In this document: piece after piece, positions 44,174 through 54,344 of the stretch
Numbering within the stretch: position 1 is the first letter of the stretch
How the letters are laid out: each line of letters starts with the position of its first letter
Virus record (IMG/VR): IMGVR_UViG_3300047172_000194
DNA from: an uncultured virus (IMG/VR IMGVR_UViG_3300047172_000194)
Taxonomy: Duplodnaviria > Heunggongvirae > Uroviricota > Caudoviricetes
Length of the DNA stretch: 64,000 nt
Direction: 5' to 3' (one strand)
Notes under the pieces: model-generated
The model's input: only the letters and a program-made list of their open reading frames with translations
What the model was told of the DNA's origin: nothing
Databases searched by the model: none
Position numbers and translations under genes: made by a program

Positions 44174-45535
44174 ATGTCCATCGCCAACTTCCCGGCTGCG
44201 CTTCAGCCGATCATCCAGCAGGGCTTTCTGAGCCGCAAGTTCCGCAAGGGTCTCGAGAGCCGCCTCGGCTTCCGCGAGGTCGCGGACCGCAAGGTGTTCC
44301 CGAATAAGGTCGGTCAGACCATCACCGACACCGTGCGCGGCCTCAAGGTGCCGGTCACCACGCCCACCAGCGCGGCGGCCAACACCGGTCTCGACAACGG
44401 CATGACCCCGTCTAGCTTCTCGGTCGAGCAGTTCTCCATGGGCATCGACCAGTACGACGATACCATCGACCTGAACATGGTCGCGGCCGGTGTCGCCATC
44501 GCGTCGCAGTTCGTCGAGAACAGCTACGTCAACGGCGTGCAGGCCAAGCAGTCGCTCGACCGTCTTGCCCGCAACAACCTCTACTTCGGCACCACCAGCG
44601 TGGGCGTGCTGGACGTCGGCGGATACCTGGGCGGCAACACCCGCGTCATCGCCACCCTGGGCGCCCCGGCGACCACGGTGCACGTGGACGACATCCGCGG
44701 CTTCATCAACATCGTCGGCCCCCTGGGCTCCGTGACCGCGGTGAGCTTCGGCACTCCGTCCGTCGTGGCCATCAACGGGACGGCCTACACGCTGGTCGGC
44801 GTCGTTCCCGACGGCGCGGGCGCTAACGTATCCACCGCTCCGAACGGCATGTCCGGCGTGCTGAACTTCACCGCGAACGTCGCGGTCGCCGACGCCACGC
44901 TGAACAACCCGGTCGTCGTGTCCACCGCCCCGGTGGTCCTGCGTCCGAACAACAGGAAGACGACCGCTGCCCTGGTCGCCGGTGACACCCTCAGCATGCA
45001 GGTCATCCTGAAGGCCGTGGCACAGCTCCGCTCCAACGCCGTGCCCGCAATCAACGGCCTCTACAACTGCTACCTCGACGAGATGCAGCTGCTCTCGCTG
45101 TTCGCCGACCCGCAGTTCCAGGTGCTCTTCCGCGGAGCCTACGACTCCAAGGAATTCCGCCAGGGCGAGGTCTTCGAGCTCCTGGGCGTGCGCTACATCA
45201 CGACCAACGAGGCTCCGCAGCAGGCTTCCCTGGGCGCCGGGTCCATCCACCGCGCGATCATCTGCGGCAAGGGTGCCCTCATCGAAGGTGACTACGAGAA
45301 CATCGGCCACTCCGACATCCCCGACGGCGACAAGGCCCTCATGGAGATGGTGGACGGCGTCTGCATGGTTACCCGCGAGCCCCTCGACAGGCTGAGGCAG
45401 ATCATCGCGCAGTCCTGGTACTGGATTGGCGGCTTCGCGCTGCCTTCCGACCAGACGGCGAACTCGCTCATCATCCCGACGGCGAGCAACAGCAGCTTGA
45501 AGCGCGCGGTCGTGGTAGAGAGTTTGGCTTACTAA
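44174..45535 (+). CDS. Major capsid protein
   Basis: Position, size, strong codon bias, terminator after; REPLDRL..QSWYWIGGF. Confidence 0.85.
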   Translation: MSIANFPAALQPIIQQGFLSRKFRKGLESRLGFREVADRKVFPNKVGQTITDTVRGLKVPVTTPTSAAANTGLDNGMTPSSFSVEQFSMGIDQYDDTIDLNMVAAGVAIASQFVENSYVNGVQAKQSLDRLARNNLYFGTTSVGVLDVGGYLGGNTRVIATLGAPATTVHVDDIRGFINIVGPLGSVTAVSFGTPSVVAINGTAYTLVGVVPDGAGANVSTAPNGMSGVLNFTANVAVADATLNNPVVVSTAPVVLRPNNRKTTAALVAGDTLSMQVILKAVAQLRSNAVPAINGLYNCYLDEMQLLSLFADPQFQVLFRGAYDSKEFRQGEVFELLGVRYITTNEAPQQASLGAGSIHRAIICGKGALIEGDYENIGHSDIPDGDKALMEMVDGVCMVTREPLDRLRQIIAQSWYWIGGFALPSDQTANSLIIPTASNSSLKRAVVVESLAY

Positions 45536-45545
45536 GCGGCAAGCA

Positions 45546-45581
45546 AAGAGGGAGGGGGAGACCCCTCCCTTTTTTTGTTTT
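45546..45581 (+). terminator. Terminator after capsid gene
   Basis: agggaggg-ggaga-ccctccct followed by T tract. Confidence 0.75.
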
Positions 45582-45606
45582 CTGCTTGAACAGCCAGGAG
45601 ATTACC

Positions 45607-45849
45607 ATGGCAAAGCCCAAGGCTGACCCGGCCGCCGACGCGGCCACCGACGACCTGACCGTTTCGCAGGTGCCCGACGACGCCGCCGAGCCCGTGGCGC
45701 TCCCCGAGGCCGTGCGCCCCGTGCGCGACTACGGCTTCATCGACGACGACGGCGTGTCCCTCTACTTCCGCGGCGGACAGTCCGTGACCGAACCCGTCCA
45801 CGTGGCCGCCCTGGTCGCCAGGGGCGTGGAGCTCCACCCGGAGGGCTGA
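45607..45849 (+). CDS. Small head-associated hypothetical protein
   Basis: AGGAG RBS. Confidence 0.55.
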   Translation: MAKPKADPAADAATDDLTVSQVPDDAAEPVALPEAVRPVRDYGFIDDDGVSLYFRGGQSVTEPVHVAALVARGVELHPEG

Positions 45850-45852
45850 ACC

Positions 45853-46278
45853 ATGTCGTTCTCCATCTTCGGCACGAACACGGCGTCCACGTTCGACGCC
45901 ACGCCCATCACCGACGACGAGAAGGTCGATGTCCGCCGGTTCTGCGGCTACTCGCTCTACGGCAACTCGCCTTCCGGCTTCGTCGGCTACCGCTTCTTCC
46001 AGGCGCAGGGCTTCCTCGAGTACCGGATGACCAACTGCTCGTCCTCCGAGGCGCAGCGCATCCGCAAGTTCCTCGCGGTCATCTACCAGCTCGAGGACGC
46101 CGTTGCCGGGGCGTCGGACAACCTCGACACGCTCGAGGCGGGCATCCTCAAGCTCGACCCGAACGAGGTCGCCAAGCGGACTAACCTGCTCCGGAAGTAT
46201 TGCCGGGACCTGTGCGCCTTCCTGGGCGTGCCCCCGGGCGAGGGCCTGGGCGACGGCGGCACGCGCATCGTCATCTGA
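45853..46278 (+). CDS. Putative head-tail adaptor
   Basis: TDDEKVDVRRFCGY..LEYRM..LCAFLGVPPG; position. Confidence 0.65.
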   Translation: MSFSIFGTNTASTFDATPITDDEKVDVRRFCGYSLYGNSPSGFVGYRFFQAQGFLEYRMTNCSSSEAQRIRKFLAVIYQLEDAVAGASDNLDTLEAGILKLDPNEVAKRTNLLRKYCRDLCAFLGVPPGEGLGDGGTRIVI

Positions 46279-46295
46279 CCGCAAGGATAACCGCC

Positions 46296-46622
46296 ATGGG
46301 TGCGCTCACTGCCACGACCACCGGCGGGGAGCCGCTTCCCGCACTCATCTACGTCGGCAGCGTCGTGCTCGCCACCTCCGGGGCTTCGTCCGCCGTCGCC
46401 GTCGGCAACGCCGGGCTGACCGCGATCACCGTCTCCGTCCTCGTGGACACCTGGATGCGGATCGGGACGTCCGCCTCGGTCGTCGCGGACGGTCTGAACG
46501 GATGCCGCCTGCTCCCGGCGGGGGCCATGTGGACCGAGGGCGTACGCCCCGGGGCCTGGGTCGCGCTGGCCACCGTGGCGGGCGGCGCATCGACCGCCTG
46601 CATCAGCCTGGCGGACGGCTGA
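46296..46622 (+). CDS. Hypothetical virion protein
   Basis: AAGGA RBS; beta-rich. Confidence 0.5.
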   Translation: MGALTATTTGGEPLPALIYVGSVVLATSGASSAVAVGNAGLTAITVSVLVDTWMRIGTSASVVADGLNGCRLLPAGAMWTEGVRPGAWVALATVAGGASTACISLADG

Positions 46623-46786
46623 TGCTGTCGAGCATAGGCCGCCTGGGCGCGCGCATCCGCTCCGCGGCCTACGCGCTCCTCTCCCTCGTTTCCGGCAGCT
46701 CGGCTCCGCAGCCCGGAACGACGGTGCTGACGGAGGACGGGCACGCGATGCTCGCCGAGGACGGAACCCCGCTCATCTCCAGCTGA
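46622..46786 (+). CDS. Small hypothetical virion peptide
   Basis: TGATG coupling; LTEDG..LAEDG repeat. Confidence 0.45.
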   Translation: MLSSIGRLGARIRSAAYALLSLVSGSSAPQPGTTVLTEDGHAMLAEDGTPLISS

Positions 46787-46799
46787 CCCGAGGCGCACG

Positions 46800-49700
46800 A
46801 TGACCAAGTACACGAGCGCCGCCGCGGGCAACTGGTCCGCCGCTTCCACGTGGTCGCCCTCCGGGGTGCCCGGTGACGGCGACTACGCGATCGTGGACCA
46901 TGCCGTCACCGTCGATGTCGCGGTGACCGTCGGCGCCAGCGCGCCCGGGTTCACCTCCACCGGCCTGAACTCCTACGCCGTCCTGGTGAACGGCGCCCAG
47001 GGCGCTGCCAACCACAACTCGACGACCAACGCGGACCTCGCGACCGCGGTCGGTGCGTTGACCGTGGCGGCCGGGGTGACGCTCACCGCGCGCGGCGACG
47101 TCGTGCTCAACGGCGGTCCCCTTGCGATGTCCGCGGGTTCGTCCCTGCTGTTCGACAGCACGCAGGCCGCCACGCCCGCCTCCCAGTCCTACGTGCTGGA
47201 GGTCATGAACTCCTACGGGAACACCGCCGGACGCTTCGTCTGCAACGGCACGTCAGGCTCCCACGTGACCGTCGGCCGCGTCGCCGGGTCCGGCAACCCC
47301 CGCATCACCGCTGGCGACAAGGTCCTCGGCTACTCGACCTACGACGCGGGCATCGTCCAGGCGGCCTATGCCGACTTCTCGAACCTGGGGGACGCCACCC
47401 ACAAGGCGATCACCTTCCGCATCGGCGGACCGACGTCGGGCGCGCCATACCACTGGTTCCTGTCGAACTGCACGTTCACCGGCTGCGGCCTCGTCCGACC
47501 GTATTCCAGCGTGGGCGGCCAGACGTATTTCGACGTCACGGGCTGCGCGTTCTCCGGCGGAACCGACACCTCGGTGGGCGGCGACCTCTACGTGGATGTC
47601 GCCGACAGCGCCGTGCAGACGGGCTTCACCCGCAACGTCACGGGCAATTCCTTCGGGCTGCCGCTGTTCGTCGCGAACGGCGCGTTCACGACGGTGCACG
47701 GGAACCTCTTGGGCTACGCGCACCAGATCTACGTCACGGGCAACCAGACGGGTCTCGTGATCGACGGCAACGAGGTCTACATCCCCCCGGCGGCGGCCTA
47801 CGCGGGCGGCGGCGGGTGGAGCATCCCGCACGGCATCACGTACACCAACAACCACTTCATGGCGAACTCGCCCGCCGACGTGAACAGCCATCTGCTGCTG
47901 CTCAATGGCGGCTCCGGGCTGACCACGATCGAGGGCAACGTCTTCGAGATCGACCAGGCCCCCTCCGGCTACTACGGCGGGAACTGCATCATCCTCGAGG
48001 CGGCCGCGTCGGGCTCGGCCACGACGAACGTATGCACGATCATGAACAACCTGGTCCTGCCCGCCGCGAACACGACGGCCGCGGGTAACGGTCTCTACGT
48101 CGCGGCGGGAACTCTCATCACCCTCCTGCAGGCGGCCGCGCAGCAGAACTTCACCACCGTCATCGAGCAGAACACCTGCATCACGCCGCACGGCATCGGC
48201 TGCGTGGACCCCGACGAGAACGCAGCGGGCGCCGCCGGGGTGTTCTCTTCGGTCCGGAACAACCTCTTCTGGTGGCCCGGCGCCGCGGCCACCACCGGCT
48301 ACTCGATGTGGTTCAACACCAACTCCGGCGCGCGCACCAGCACGCCCGACGAGGTGGCCGCCTCCAACCTCGACTACAACGCCCACTGGAACCCGAGGAC
48401 CACGACCACCTGCACGAGCTCCGGCGCGACCGTGACGACCCCGGCCTACCAGAACGGCGTCTTCTCCTCGGGCATTCCGGGCACGCACGACCTCGTGCTG
48501 AACCCGTCGTTCGTTGACTGCGACCGCAACATGCCGAAGTGGGACGCCTCGCTCGGCGGTCCAGGGACGACGGCGCACGCGGTCGCGCAGATCGCCGCGG
48601 GGACGTCCGGGTACACCGTCGCGGCCTACGTGGCCTACGCGCGCGCGGGGCTCACGCCGCAGAACGCCGCCCTTCGCGGCGCGGGCTACAACGGCAACGA
48701 CATCGGCGCGGTGTCGGTCGCGCTGCCTCCCGCCCTGACCGTGACCTCCGTCACCATGTCCCCGGCCACGGGCGACATCGGGGTCGGCGGAACCGTGACC
48801 GTGACCGTCCACCTCTCGGGCGCGGCCACCCTGGCGGGGACGCCCACGCTCACGCTAACGGACGGCGGCACCGCGGCCTACGTGCCCGGCTCTTCGAGCG
48901 CGTCCGCATACGTGTTCTCGACGACCGTCGCGGCGGGCCAGTCGGCCGCCCACCTCGGTGTATCCGCATGGAACGCGGGGACGGGCGGAAACCTCACCGA
49001 CTCGTTTGGGCAGGCGGTTAACCTCACGGGGGCCATCGGCGTGCCCGCGGCAGCCCCACAGGTGGACGGCGTGGCGCCCTTCGCCACCGTGACGACCTTC
49101 TCGCCCGCGAGCGGGCTCGTTGGCGCGGGCGGCTCGCTGTCAGTCACGCTGACCATGAGCAAGCCCGTCACCGTGACCGGCACGCCGCGCATCACGCTGA
49201 ACGCCACCGGCGGAACCCTGATCGCTTCCTACGTGGCTGGCGCCAGCACCTCGACGGCCCTCGTCTTCACGTGCGCGGTGTCCGCCGGTATGTCGGCGAG
49301 CCCTGTAGCCTTGCTCTCGCTCTCGCTGAACGGCGGCACGGTTTCGGACGTCGGTTCCGGCACGCCCGCCTCCCTGGTGCCCCTTCCGGCGGCGATGTCG
49401 GCCCCGACCATCGACGCGGTCGCCCCGACGCTGGTCTCCCTGTCGGCATCGCCTTCCGGGACCGTCGCGGCTGGCGGAAGCGTCGTGTTCACCGCCGTCT
49501 TCAGCAAGCCGGTCACCGGTTCCGCGTCCCTCTCCACGTCGTCCGGCGTCCCGGCGACCCTGACCTCCGGTTCCGGCACGGCGACGCTCGCGTGGACGCT
49601 TCCGGTTTCCGCCGGGCAGAACTCGAACGGGGTCGCGGTCGCCATCACGGGCGTCTCCGGGGGCATCCTGGACGCCGCAGGAAACCCGTTCGCCAACGCC

Positions 49701-49886
49701 GCCCTGGTCGGCACGCCAAGCGGATCGCCCATCGTGGCTGGCGGCGTGGCCATCGCCGGGAAGAAGCTCTCGCAGTTCCCCATGGCATCCACGCTGGGGA
49801 GCTCGGACAGCATCTACGCGGTGGTCGGCGGCTCCACCCAGCAGCTCACGCTGGCCGTCCTGAAGCACGCGCTCGGGCTTTCCTGA
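46800..49886 (+). CDS. Large fibre/spike-like protein (G8-like N-terminus, beta-helix, three Ig-like repeats)
   Basis: GNWSAASTW..GVP; recurring xxGN/NN turns; three SP..G...GG.V..T...SKPVT-type repeats. Confidence 0.7.
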   Translation: MTKYTSAAAGNWSAASTWSPSGVPGDGDYAIVDHAVTVDVAVTVGASAPGFTSTGLNSYAVLVNGAQGAANHNSTTNADLATAVGALTVAAGVTLTARGDVVLNGGPLAMSAGSSLLFDSTQAATPASQSYVLEVMNSYGNTAGRFVCNGTSGSHVTVGRVAGSGNPRITAGDKVLGYSTYDAGIVQAAYADFSNLGDATHKAITFRIGGPTSGAPYHWFLSNCTFTGCGLVRPYSSVGGQTYFDVTGCAFSGGTDTSVGGDLYVDVADSAVQTGFTRNVTGNSFGLPLFVANGAFTTVHGNLLGYAHQIYVTGNQTGLVIDGNEVYIPPAAAYAGGGGWSIPHGITYTNNHFMANSPADVNSHLLLLNGGSGLTTIEGNVFEIDQAPSGYYGGNCIILEAAASGSATTNVCTIMNNLVLPAANTTAAGNGLYVAAGTLITLLQAAAQQNFTTVIEQNTCITPHGIGCVDPDENAAGAAGVFSSVRNNLFWWPGAAATTGYSMWFNTNSGARTSTPDEVAASNLDYNAHWNPRTTTTCTSSGATVTTPAYQNGVFSSGIPGTHDLVLNPSFVDCDRNMPKWDASLGGPGTTAHAVAQIAAGTSGYTVAAYVAYARAGLTPQNAALRGAGYNGNDIGAVSVALPPALTVTSVTMSPATGDIGVGGTVTVTVHLSGAATLAGTPTLTLTDGGTAAYVPGSSSASAYVFSTTVAAGQSAAHLGVSAWNAGTGGNLTDSFGQAVNLTGAIGVPAAAPQVDGVAPFATVTTFSPASGLVGAGGSLSVTLTMSKPVTVTGTPRITLNATGGTLIASYVAGASTSTALVFTCAVSAGMSASPVALLSLSLNGGTVSDVGSGTPASLVPLPAAMSAPTIDAVAPTLVSLSASPSGTVAAGGSVVFTAVFSKPVTGSASLSTSSGVPATLTSGSGTATLAWTLPVSAGQNSNGVAVAITGVSGGILDAAGNPFANAALVGTPSGSPIVAGGVAIAGKKLSQFPMASTLGSSDSIYAVVGGSTQQLTLAVLKHALGLS

Positions 49887-49978
49887 GCTCGTGTCAACAC
49901 CTTCGCCGTGGCGCGCGCGGCAGGAAGCGGCTATTTTCATCTAGGATGAGTGATGCGTGCGTGGCGGACGGTTCACCG

Positions 49979-50518
49979 TCACAGGTTCACGGTCACGAGG
50001 AACAGGTCGACGCCATTGTCGTCCGGTCCGACGAACTTCACGGAAGCCACGGCGTGACGGTTCAGGTCCTTGAGGTGCCCGATACCGACCCGGCTGTCGC
50101 TCGCCAGCCGCACGTCCCGTTCCGGGGTGAAGAGCTTGCAATAGGCCAGGTTGTCCGAGCCGCCGTCTGAGTCCAGGCACGCCTCGTCTCCCGGCTGCGG
50201 CAGATCGTCCGGGTCCTTGACGCGGATGACGAACCACGCCGTCGTCGCCAGCTCGTAGATCACCGCCGTCCCGGCGGGCTGTCCGCGCATGCTGGTGGCG
50301 GGCGTCACGGAAATTATGGTGCCCGTGTCGCCGTCGGCTGGCGCGTAGGACTGCGAAAGGTTGCCGACCCCCATCGTGGTCTGCACGATGTCGCTCGTGG
50401 TCCCGCCGGAGCCGATGAGCTTCGCCGTGTTCGACCGTGGATTTCCGCGGATTTCGACGAGGTCTCCAGACTTCGGGAACGCCGACGACGTCGGCTTCAG
50501 ATACACGGTCTTCTGCAT
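49979..50518 (-). CDS. Antisense moron, hypothetical protein
   Basis: AAGGA RBS; fills the gap between structural genes on the opposite strand. Confidence 0.6.
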   Translation of the reverse strand: MQKTVYLKPTSSAFPKSGDLVEIRGNPRSNTAKLIGSGGTTSDIVQTTMGVGNLSQSYAPADGDTGTIISVTPATSMRGQPAGTAVIYELATTAWFVIRVKDPDDLPQPGDEACLDSDGGSDNLAYCKLFTPERDVRLASDSRVGIGHLKDLNRHAVASVKFVGPDDNGVDLFLVTVNL

Positions 50519-50626
50519 GTCTTATCCTTGGTTGCGGCCGCACGGCATACTCCCGCCGGATCGCGGCGCATAGGGCCCGGCCACCGCCGCAACGAAACCG
50601 AGCGGACACCGCCTGACGGAGGCACC

Positions 50627-51295
50627 ATGGACGGCGCCACCATCCAGGCCAAGGTCTACCGCGGCTACGCAAAGACCGCCGCGAAGCTCGGGCTGCCCTT
50701 CGGACTGTTCCGCCCGGCAACGGCCACTAACCCCGTTTCCGGCACGCCGCTGGCGACGCTGCCCGCCGCGTTCGACGTGAACGGGAAGTTCGACGCGCCA
50801 CGCGAATACGCGAAGGCGACATGGCGGGCCTACGCCGACTTCAGCCGCACGCTGCCCGGCGACTACCTCGTCGAGGCCGCGCCGGTCCTGACGGGGCAGC
50901 CGCCGCGCACGTTCTTCGTCGCCAGCCAGCAGCCGCTGCTCCCGCCGTCGGCGGTCCTGTGCAACGCGGTCGTTTCGCTTCAGCGCGCGGACGGAGACTC
51001 CGGCACTGAGGGCGCGCAGGCGGCATACGACACCGTCTCGCTGGAGACGTACACGTCACTCGCCACGGGATGGCCCGCTTCCATGCTCGCCGGGACGAAG
51101 GGCGAAAAGAACGTCGAGGACCTTCCCGACAGCACGCGGGACGCCTGGTATATCGTCCTGCTCCCGCCCATCCCCGGCGTGGTCATCCAGGTCGACGACG
51201 TCCTGACCGATGGCCTCGGCCGCATCTGCAAGATTTCCTCGTGCGAGCTGAGCGCCCTCGGCTGGCGGCTCTCGGTCCAGTCCACGATGGCCTAG
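50627..51295 (+). CDS. Putative head-closure/neck protein
   Basis: MDGATIQAKVYRGYAK..SSCELSALGWRL; position. Confidence 0.65.
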   Translation: MDGATIQAKVYRGYAKTAAKLGLPFGLFRPATATNPVSGTPLATLPAAFDVNGKFDAPREYAKATWRAYADFSRTLPGDYLVEAAPVLTGQPPRTFFVASQQPLLPPSAVLCNAVVSLQRADGDSGTEGAQAAYDTVSLETYTSLATGWPASMLAGTKGEKNVEDLPDSTRDAWYIVLLPPIPGVVIQVDDVLTDGLGRICKISSCELSALGWRLSVQSTMA

Positions 51296-51311
51296 CGACA
51301 GGAGGCTTGCC

Positions 51312-52133
51312 GTGGCGGACACCAGCGACGTCGAGACCGCCATCGTCGCCAGGATCACCGCGGGCGTCTACCCCTCGGGCAGCCCTCCGTCTGCCGTCGG
51401 ATCGCCCATCTTCATCGCGCGCGGATGGCCCGCCGACGCCAAGCTCAAGGAGCGCGTCGCCGCCACGCCGCCTGTGACCACGATCTCCGTCGTGCCGCTG
51501 GCGAACATGACGGTCATGAAGACCCGCTACTCCGAGGAATGGGAGCCGCTGCCTCAGGAAGCGCCGACGCTTACCGTCGCCATGGCGGGGCGCTCGGCGA
51601 CCTTCGCCGGGACCGCGCAGGCGGGCCTCATCGCAGGGGTCCGCGCCAACGGCACAGGCTACACCTATACGGTCCAGTCCTCAGACACGCCCGCCACGGT
51701 CGCGGCCGCCCTGGCCGCCGCGTGCCCCGGGGCGACGGCGAGTGGCGCCACGGTCGCGTGCCCCGCTGCGACAGACTTCGTGGCGCGCATCGGCGCACCG
51801 ACCGCGTGCGTCAAGGAAGTTACCCGCCAGCAGCAGACCTACCAGGTCACGGTGTGGGCGCCGACTACCGCGCTGCGCGACCAGATCGGATCGTTGCTCG
51901 GGCCCGCGCTCGCCGAGGACTGGCTGGTGCTGGCCGACGGCACGGGCGGTTGGATGAAGCCCGGCGCGTTCTCCATCGACGACAGGCCGCAGGAAGACAA
52001 CCTCTGGATCCGTCACGTGCGGGTCTCAGTCGAATATGGGACCACGGTCAGCCAGACGTTCCCGCCGATGATCTTCGGCCCGAACTCCGTGCAGGTCTCT
52101 TGCATCGTTCCGCCCATCAATCAGACAGCATAG
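51312..52133 (+). CDS. Putative tail terminator/completion protein
   Basis: MADTSDVE..RGWP..VEYGT; upstream of sheath. Confidence 0.6.
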   Translation: MADTSDVETAIVARITAGVYPSGSPPSAVGSPIFIARGWPADAKLKERVAATPPVTTISVVPLANMTVMKTRYSEEWEPLPQEAPTLTVAMAGRSATFAGTAQAGLIAGVRANGTGYTYTVQSSDTPATVAAALAAACPGATASGATVACPAATDFVARIGAPTACVKEVTRQQQTYQVTVWAPTTALRDQIGSLLGPALAEDWLVLADGTGGWMKPGAFSIDDRPQEDNLWIRHVRVSVEYGTTVSQTFPPMIFGPNSVQVSCIVPPINQTA

Positions 52134-52142
52134 GGGGACACC

Positions 52143-52382
52143 ATGAGCATCTCCGAAATCTTCACGACCATCGCCGCCGACGCGACCGAGGCCGAGCGCG
52201 CGGTGCACGCCAGGCTTTCCGCGGTGTTCGGCGAGGCCGACGCCAGGGTCGAGGCGATCCGCAAGGAAATCGCCGACGGCCTCGCCGCAGCGCGATCCAC
52301 GCTCGCCGAGGACGTCGAGAACCTCCACGTGGACACGCTGGCGGCCATCAAGGCTGCCATCGCCAAGCTCCGGAGCCTCTGA
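52143..52382 (+). CDS. Hypothetical protein
   Basis: GGGGA RBS. Confidence 0.5.
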   Translation: MSISEIFTTIAADATEAERAVHARLSAVFGEADARVEAIRKEIADGLAAARSTLAEDVENLHVDTLAAIKAAIAKLRSL

Positions 52383-52633
52383 TGAACACCATCCTGGTGG
52401 CGACCGAGCCCTTCGAGGGCTACGCGCGCGGCGCGGCGATCACCGACGCGGACAGGATCGCCGCCGTCCTCGCCGGGTCCAACGCCCACCGCGTCGTGCG
52501 CGTGACGTCCGGTGTTCCGGTCATCGCCGCGCCAGCTCCCGTTGCGGCCGCCCCCAGCGCCCAGACCGCGCTCGCCGAGGCCGAGGCCGCGCTCAAGCAG
52601 GCCGAGGCCGCCGTGGGCCCCGCACACACCTAA
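52382..52633 (+). CDS. Hypothetical protein
   Basis: PFEGYARGAAITD; TGATG coupling. Confidence 0.5.
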   Translation: MNTILVATEPFEGYARGAAITDADRIAAVLAGSNAHRVVRVTSGVPVIAAPAPVAAAPSAQTALAEAEAALKQAEAAVGPAHT

Positions 52634-52721
52634 ACCGCCCGCCGCCTCGCGGCACCCATCCCCGAAACCATCGCGCCGTGCCTCCACCAGGGGGCGCGGC
52701 GCTTCGTCGTGAGGTAATCCC

Positions 52722-54266
52722 ATGCCCCAGATCGTGCAGTCGGGCAGCTTCAACGCTGCGTCTGTCAATGTCCCGGACCTCTACGTCAACGTCGTGCCCC
52801 CGGGCAGCGGTGGCATCAGCAACGCCAGCACGAACGTCGTCGGCCTGTCCGGCGTGGCTTCCTGGGGGAAGGTGAACGTCGCGACCCCGTTCGGCGACCC
52901 GACCTCGCTCCTGGCGGCCTTCGGTCCCATCACCGCGCGCAAGTTCGACATGGCGACCGCGGCCTCCGTCTCCATCCAGCAGGGCGCGAACGCGTTCTAC
53001 GGCGTGCGGGTCACCGACGGCACCGATGTCGCGGCGTCCCTCACCCTGAGCGGCACCGAGCTGGCGAAGGCCCCGGTGTTCTACGCCAACCTCGCGGCCG
53101 CGCTGAACACCGGCGCAGGGGTGAACCGCAACGGGTCGTCGCTCGTGTCCTTCTGGGCTCAGTCCGGCATCCTGTCCGCCCTTTGCAGCGGCACCGTCGG
53201 CAACTCCATCAGCCTGCTGCTCCAGGTCGGCTCCAGGATCGGCACGGTCCGCGCGGTGGTGTCGTGCCCGGCGCTCGGCGGACGCCCGGAGGTCTATGAC
53301 AACCTGGTCCTGGGCGCGTCCGAGGCACCGACGCTCGGCACGGCCTATGCGCTGACCGGCGGCACCGACGGCGCTGGCGTCACTCCTGCCCAGGTCGCCG
53401 GGTCGAACTCGCTGGTCCCGCCGACCGGCATTTTCGCGCTGCACGGCCGCGGCTGCGCGGTCGCCATGCCGGTTGACTGCGACGACCAGACCTCCTGGGA
53501 GCCGATGGCGGCTTGGGCCTACGGCGAGGGCGTCGTCATCGGCGTCGCCGGTCCTTCCGGCGAGACGATCGCGCAGGCGCAGATCTCGAAGGCCAACGCT
53601 GGCGTGGACGACTGGTCGCTCAAGGTCATCCTCGGCGACTACGTCTACTGGAACGACCCGGTGAACGGCGTGACCCGCCTCGTGACGCCGCAGGCCTGGT
53701 GGGCGGGCCGCAGGGCTACGCTGGCGCCGAACGACAGCAGCCTGAACAAGCCCCTCGTCGGCGTGGCCGGAACCGCGCACAGCGGTCAGGTGACGTCGGG
53801 CTCGCTGGCGCAATACACGCTGGCGGACATCCAGAACTGCGTGAACTCCGGCATCGACCTCATCTGCAACCCGCTCCCGGGCGGCGCTTACTGGGGCTTC
53901 CGCGTCGGCCACAACTCGAGCTCGGACGGCAAGAGGAACGGCGAGAACTACTCGTTCATGACCATGTTCCTGGCAAAGTCCATCAACGCGAGCATGGGTT
54001 CCTACGTGGGTAAGCCCATCAGCCCGACGATGGTGAACAACGCCTTCGCCGACCTCAGCACGTTCGGCAGCAACCTCGTGACCCTCGGCATCATCGGCAC
54101 GCTCGACGGAAGCCCGGCGTTCCAGGTCACCTGCGGCGCCTCGAACAACCCGTCCACGCTGACGGGCAAGGGCTACCTGCAGGGCGCAATGGTGGTCACC
54201 TACCAGGGCATCAACGAGGAGTTCGTCATCTCCCTCGACGGCGGCGCGACGGTTTCCGTCGGCTAA
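52722..54266 (+). CDS. Tail sheath protein
   Basis: VPDLYV, GVASWG, LTGGTDG, SSLNK, GIDLICNP. Confidence 0.88.
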   Translation: MPQIVQSGSFNAASVNVPDLYVNVVPPGSGGISNASTNVVGLSGVASWGKVNVATPFGDPTSLLAAFGPITARKFDMATAASVSIQQGANAFYGVRVTDGTDVAASLTLSGTELAKAPVFYANLAAALNTGAGVNRNGSSLVSFWAQSGILSALCSGTVGNSISLLLQVGSRIGTVRAVVSCPALGGRPEVYDNLVLGASEAPTLGTAYALTGGTDGAGVTPAQVAGSNSLVPPTGIFALHGRGCAVAMPVDCDDQTSWEPMAAWAYGEGVVIGVAGPSGETIAQAQISKANAGVDDWSLKVILGDYVYWNDPVNGVTRLVTPQAWWAGRRATLAPNDSSLNKPLVGVAGTAHSGQVTSGSLAQYTLADIQNCVNSGIDLICNPLPGGAYWGFRVGHNSSSDGKRNGENYSFMTMFLAKSINASMGSYVGKPISPTMVNNAFADLSTFGSNLVTLGIIGTLDGSPAFQVTCGASNNPSTLTGKGYLQGAMVVTYQGINEEFVISLDGGATVSVG

Positions 54267-54344
54267 CCCTCCCAACCATCCACGAAACCACACAGGGACG
54301 CACCCGGCGACGGGGCGGCCCTTTTTCCATGAGAGGACACCGTC

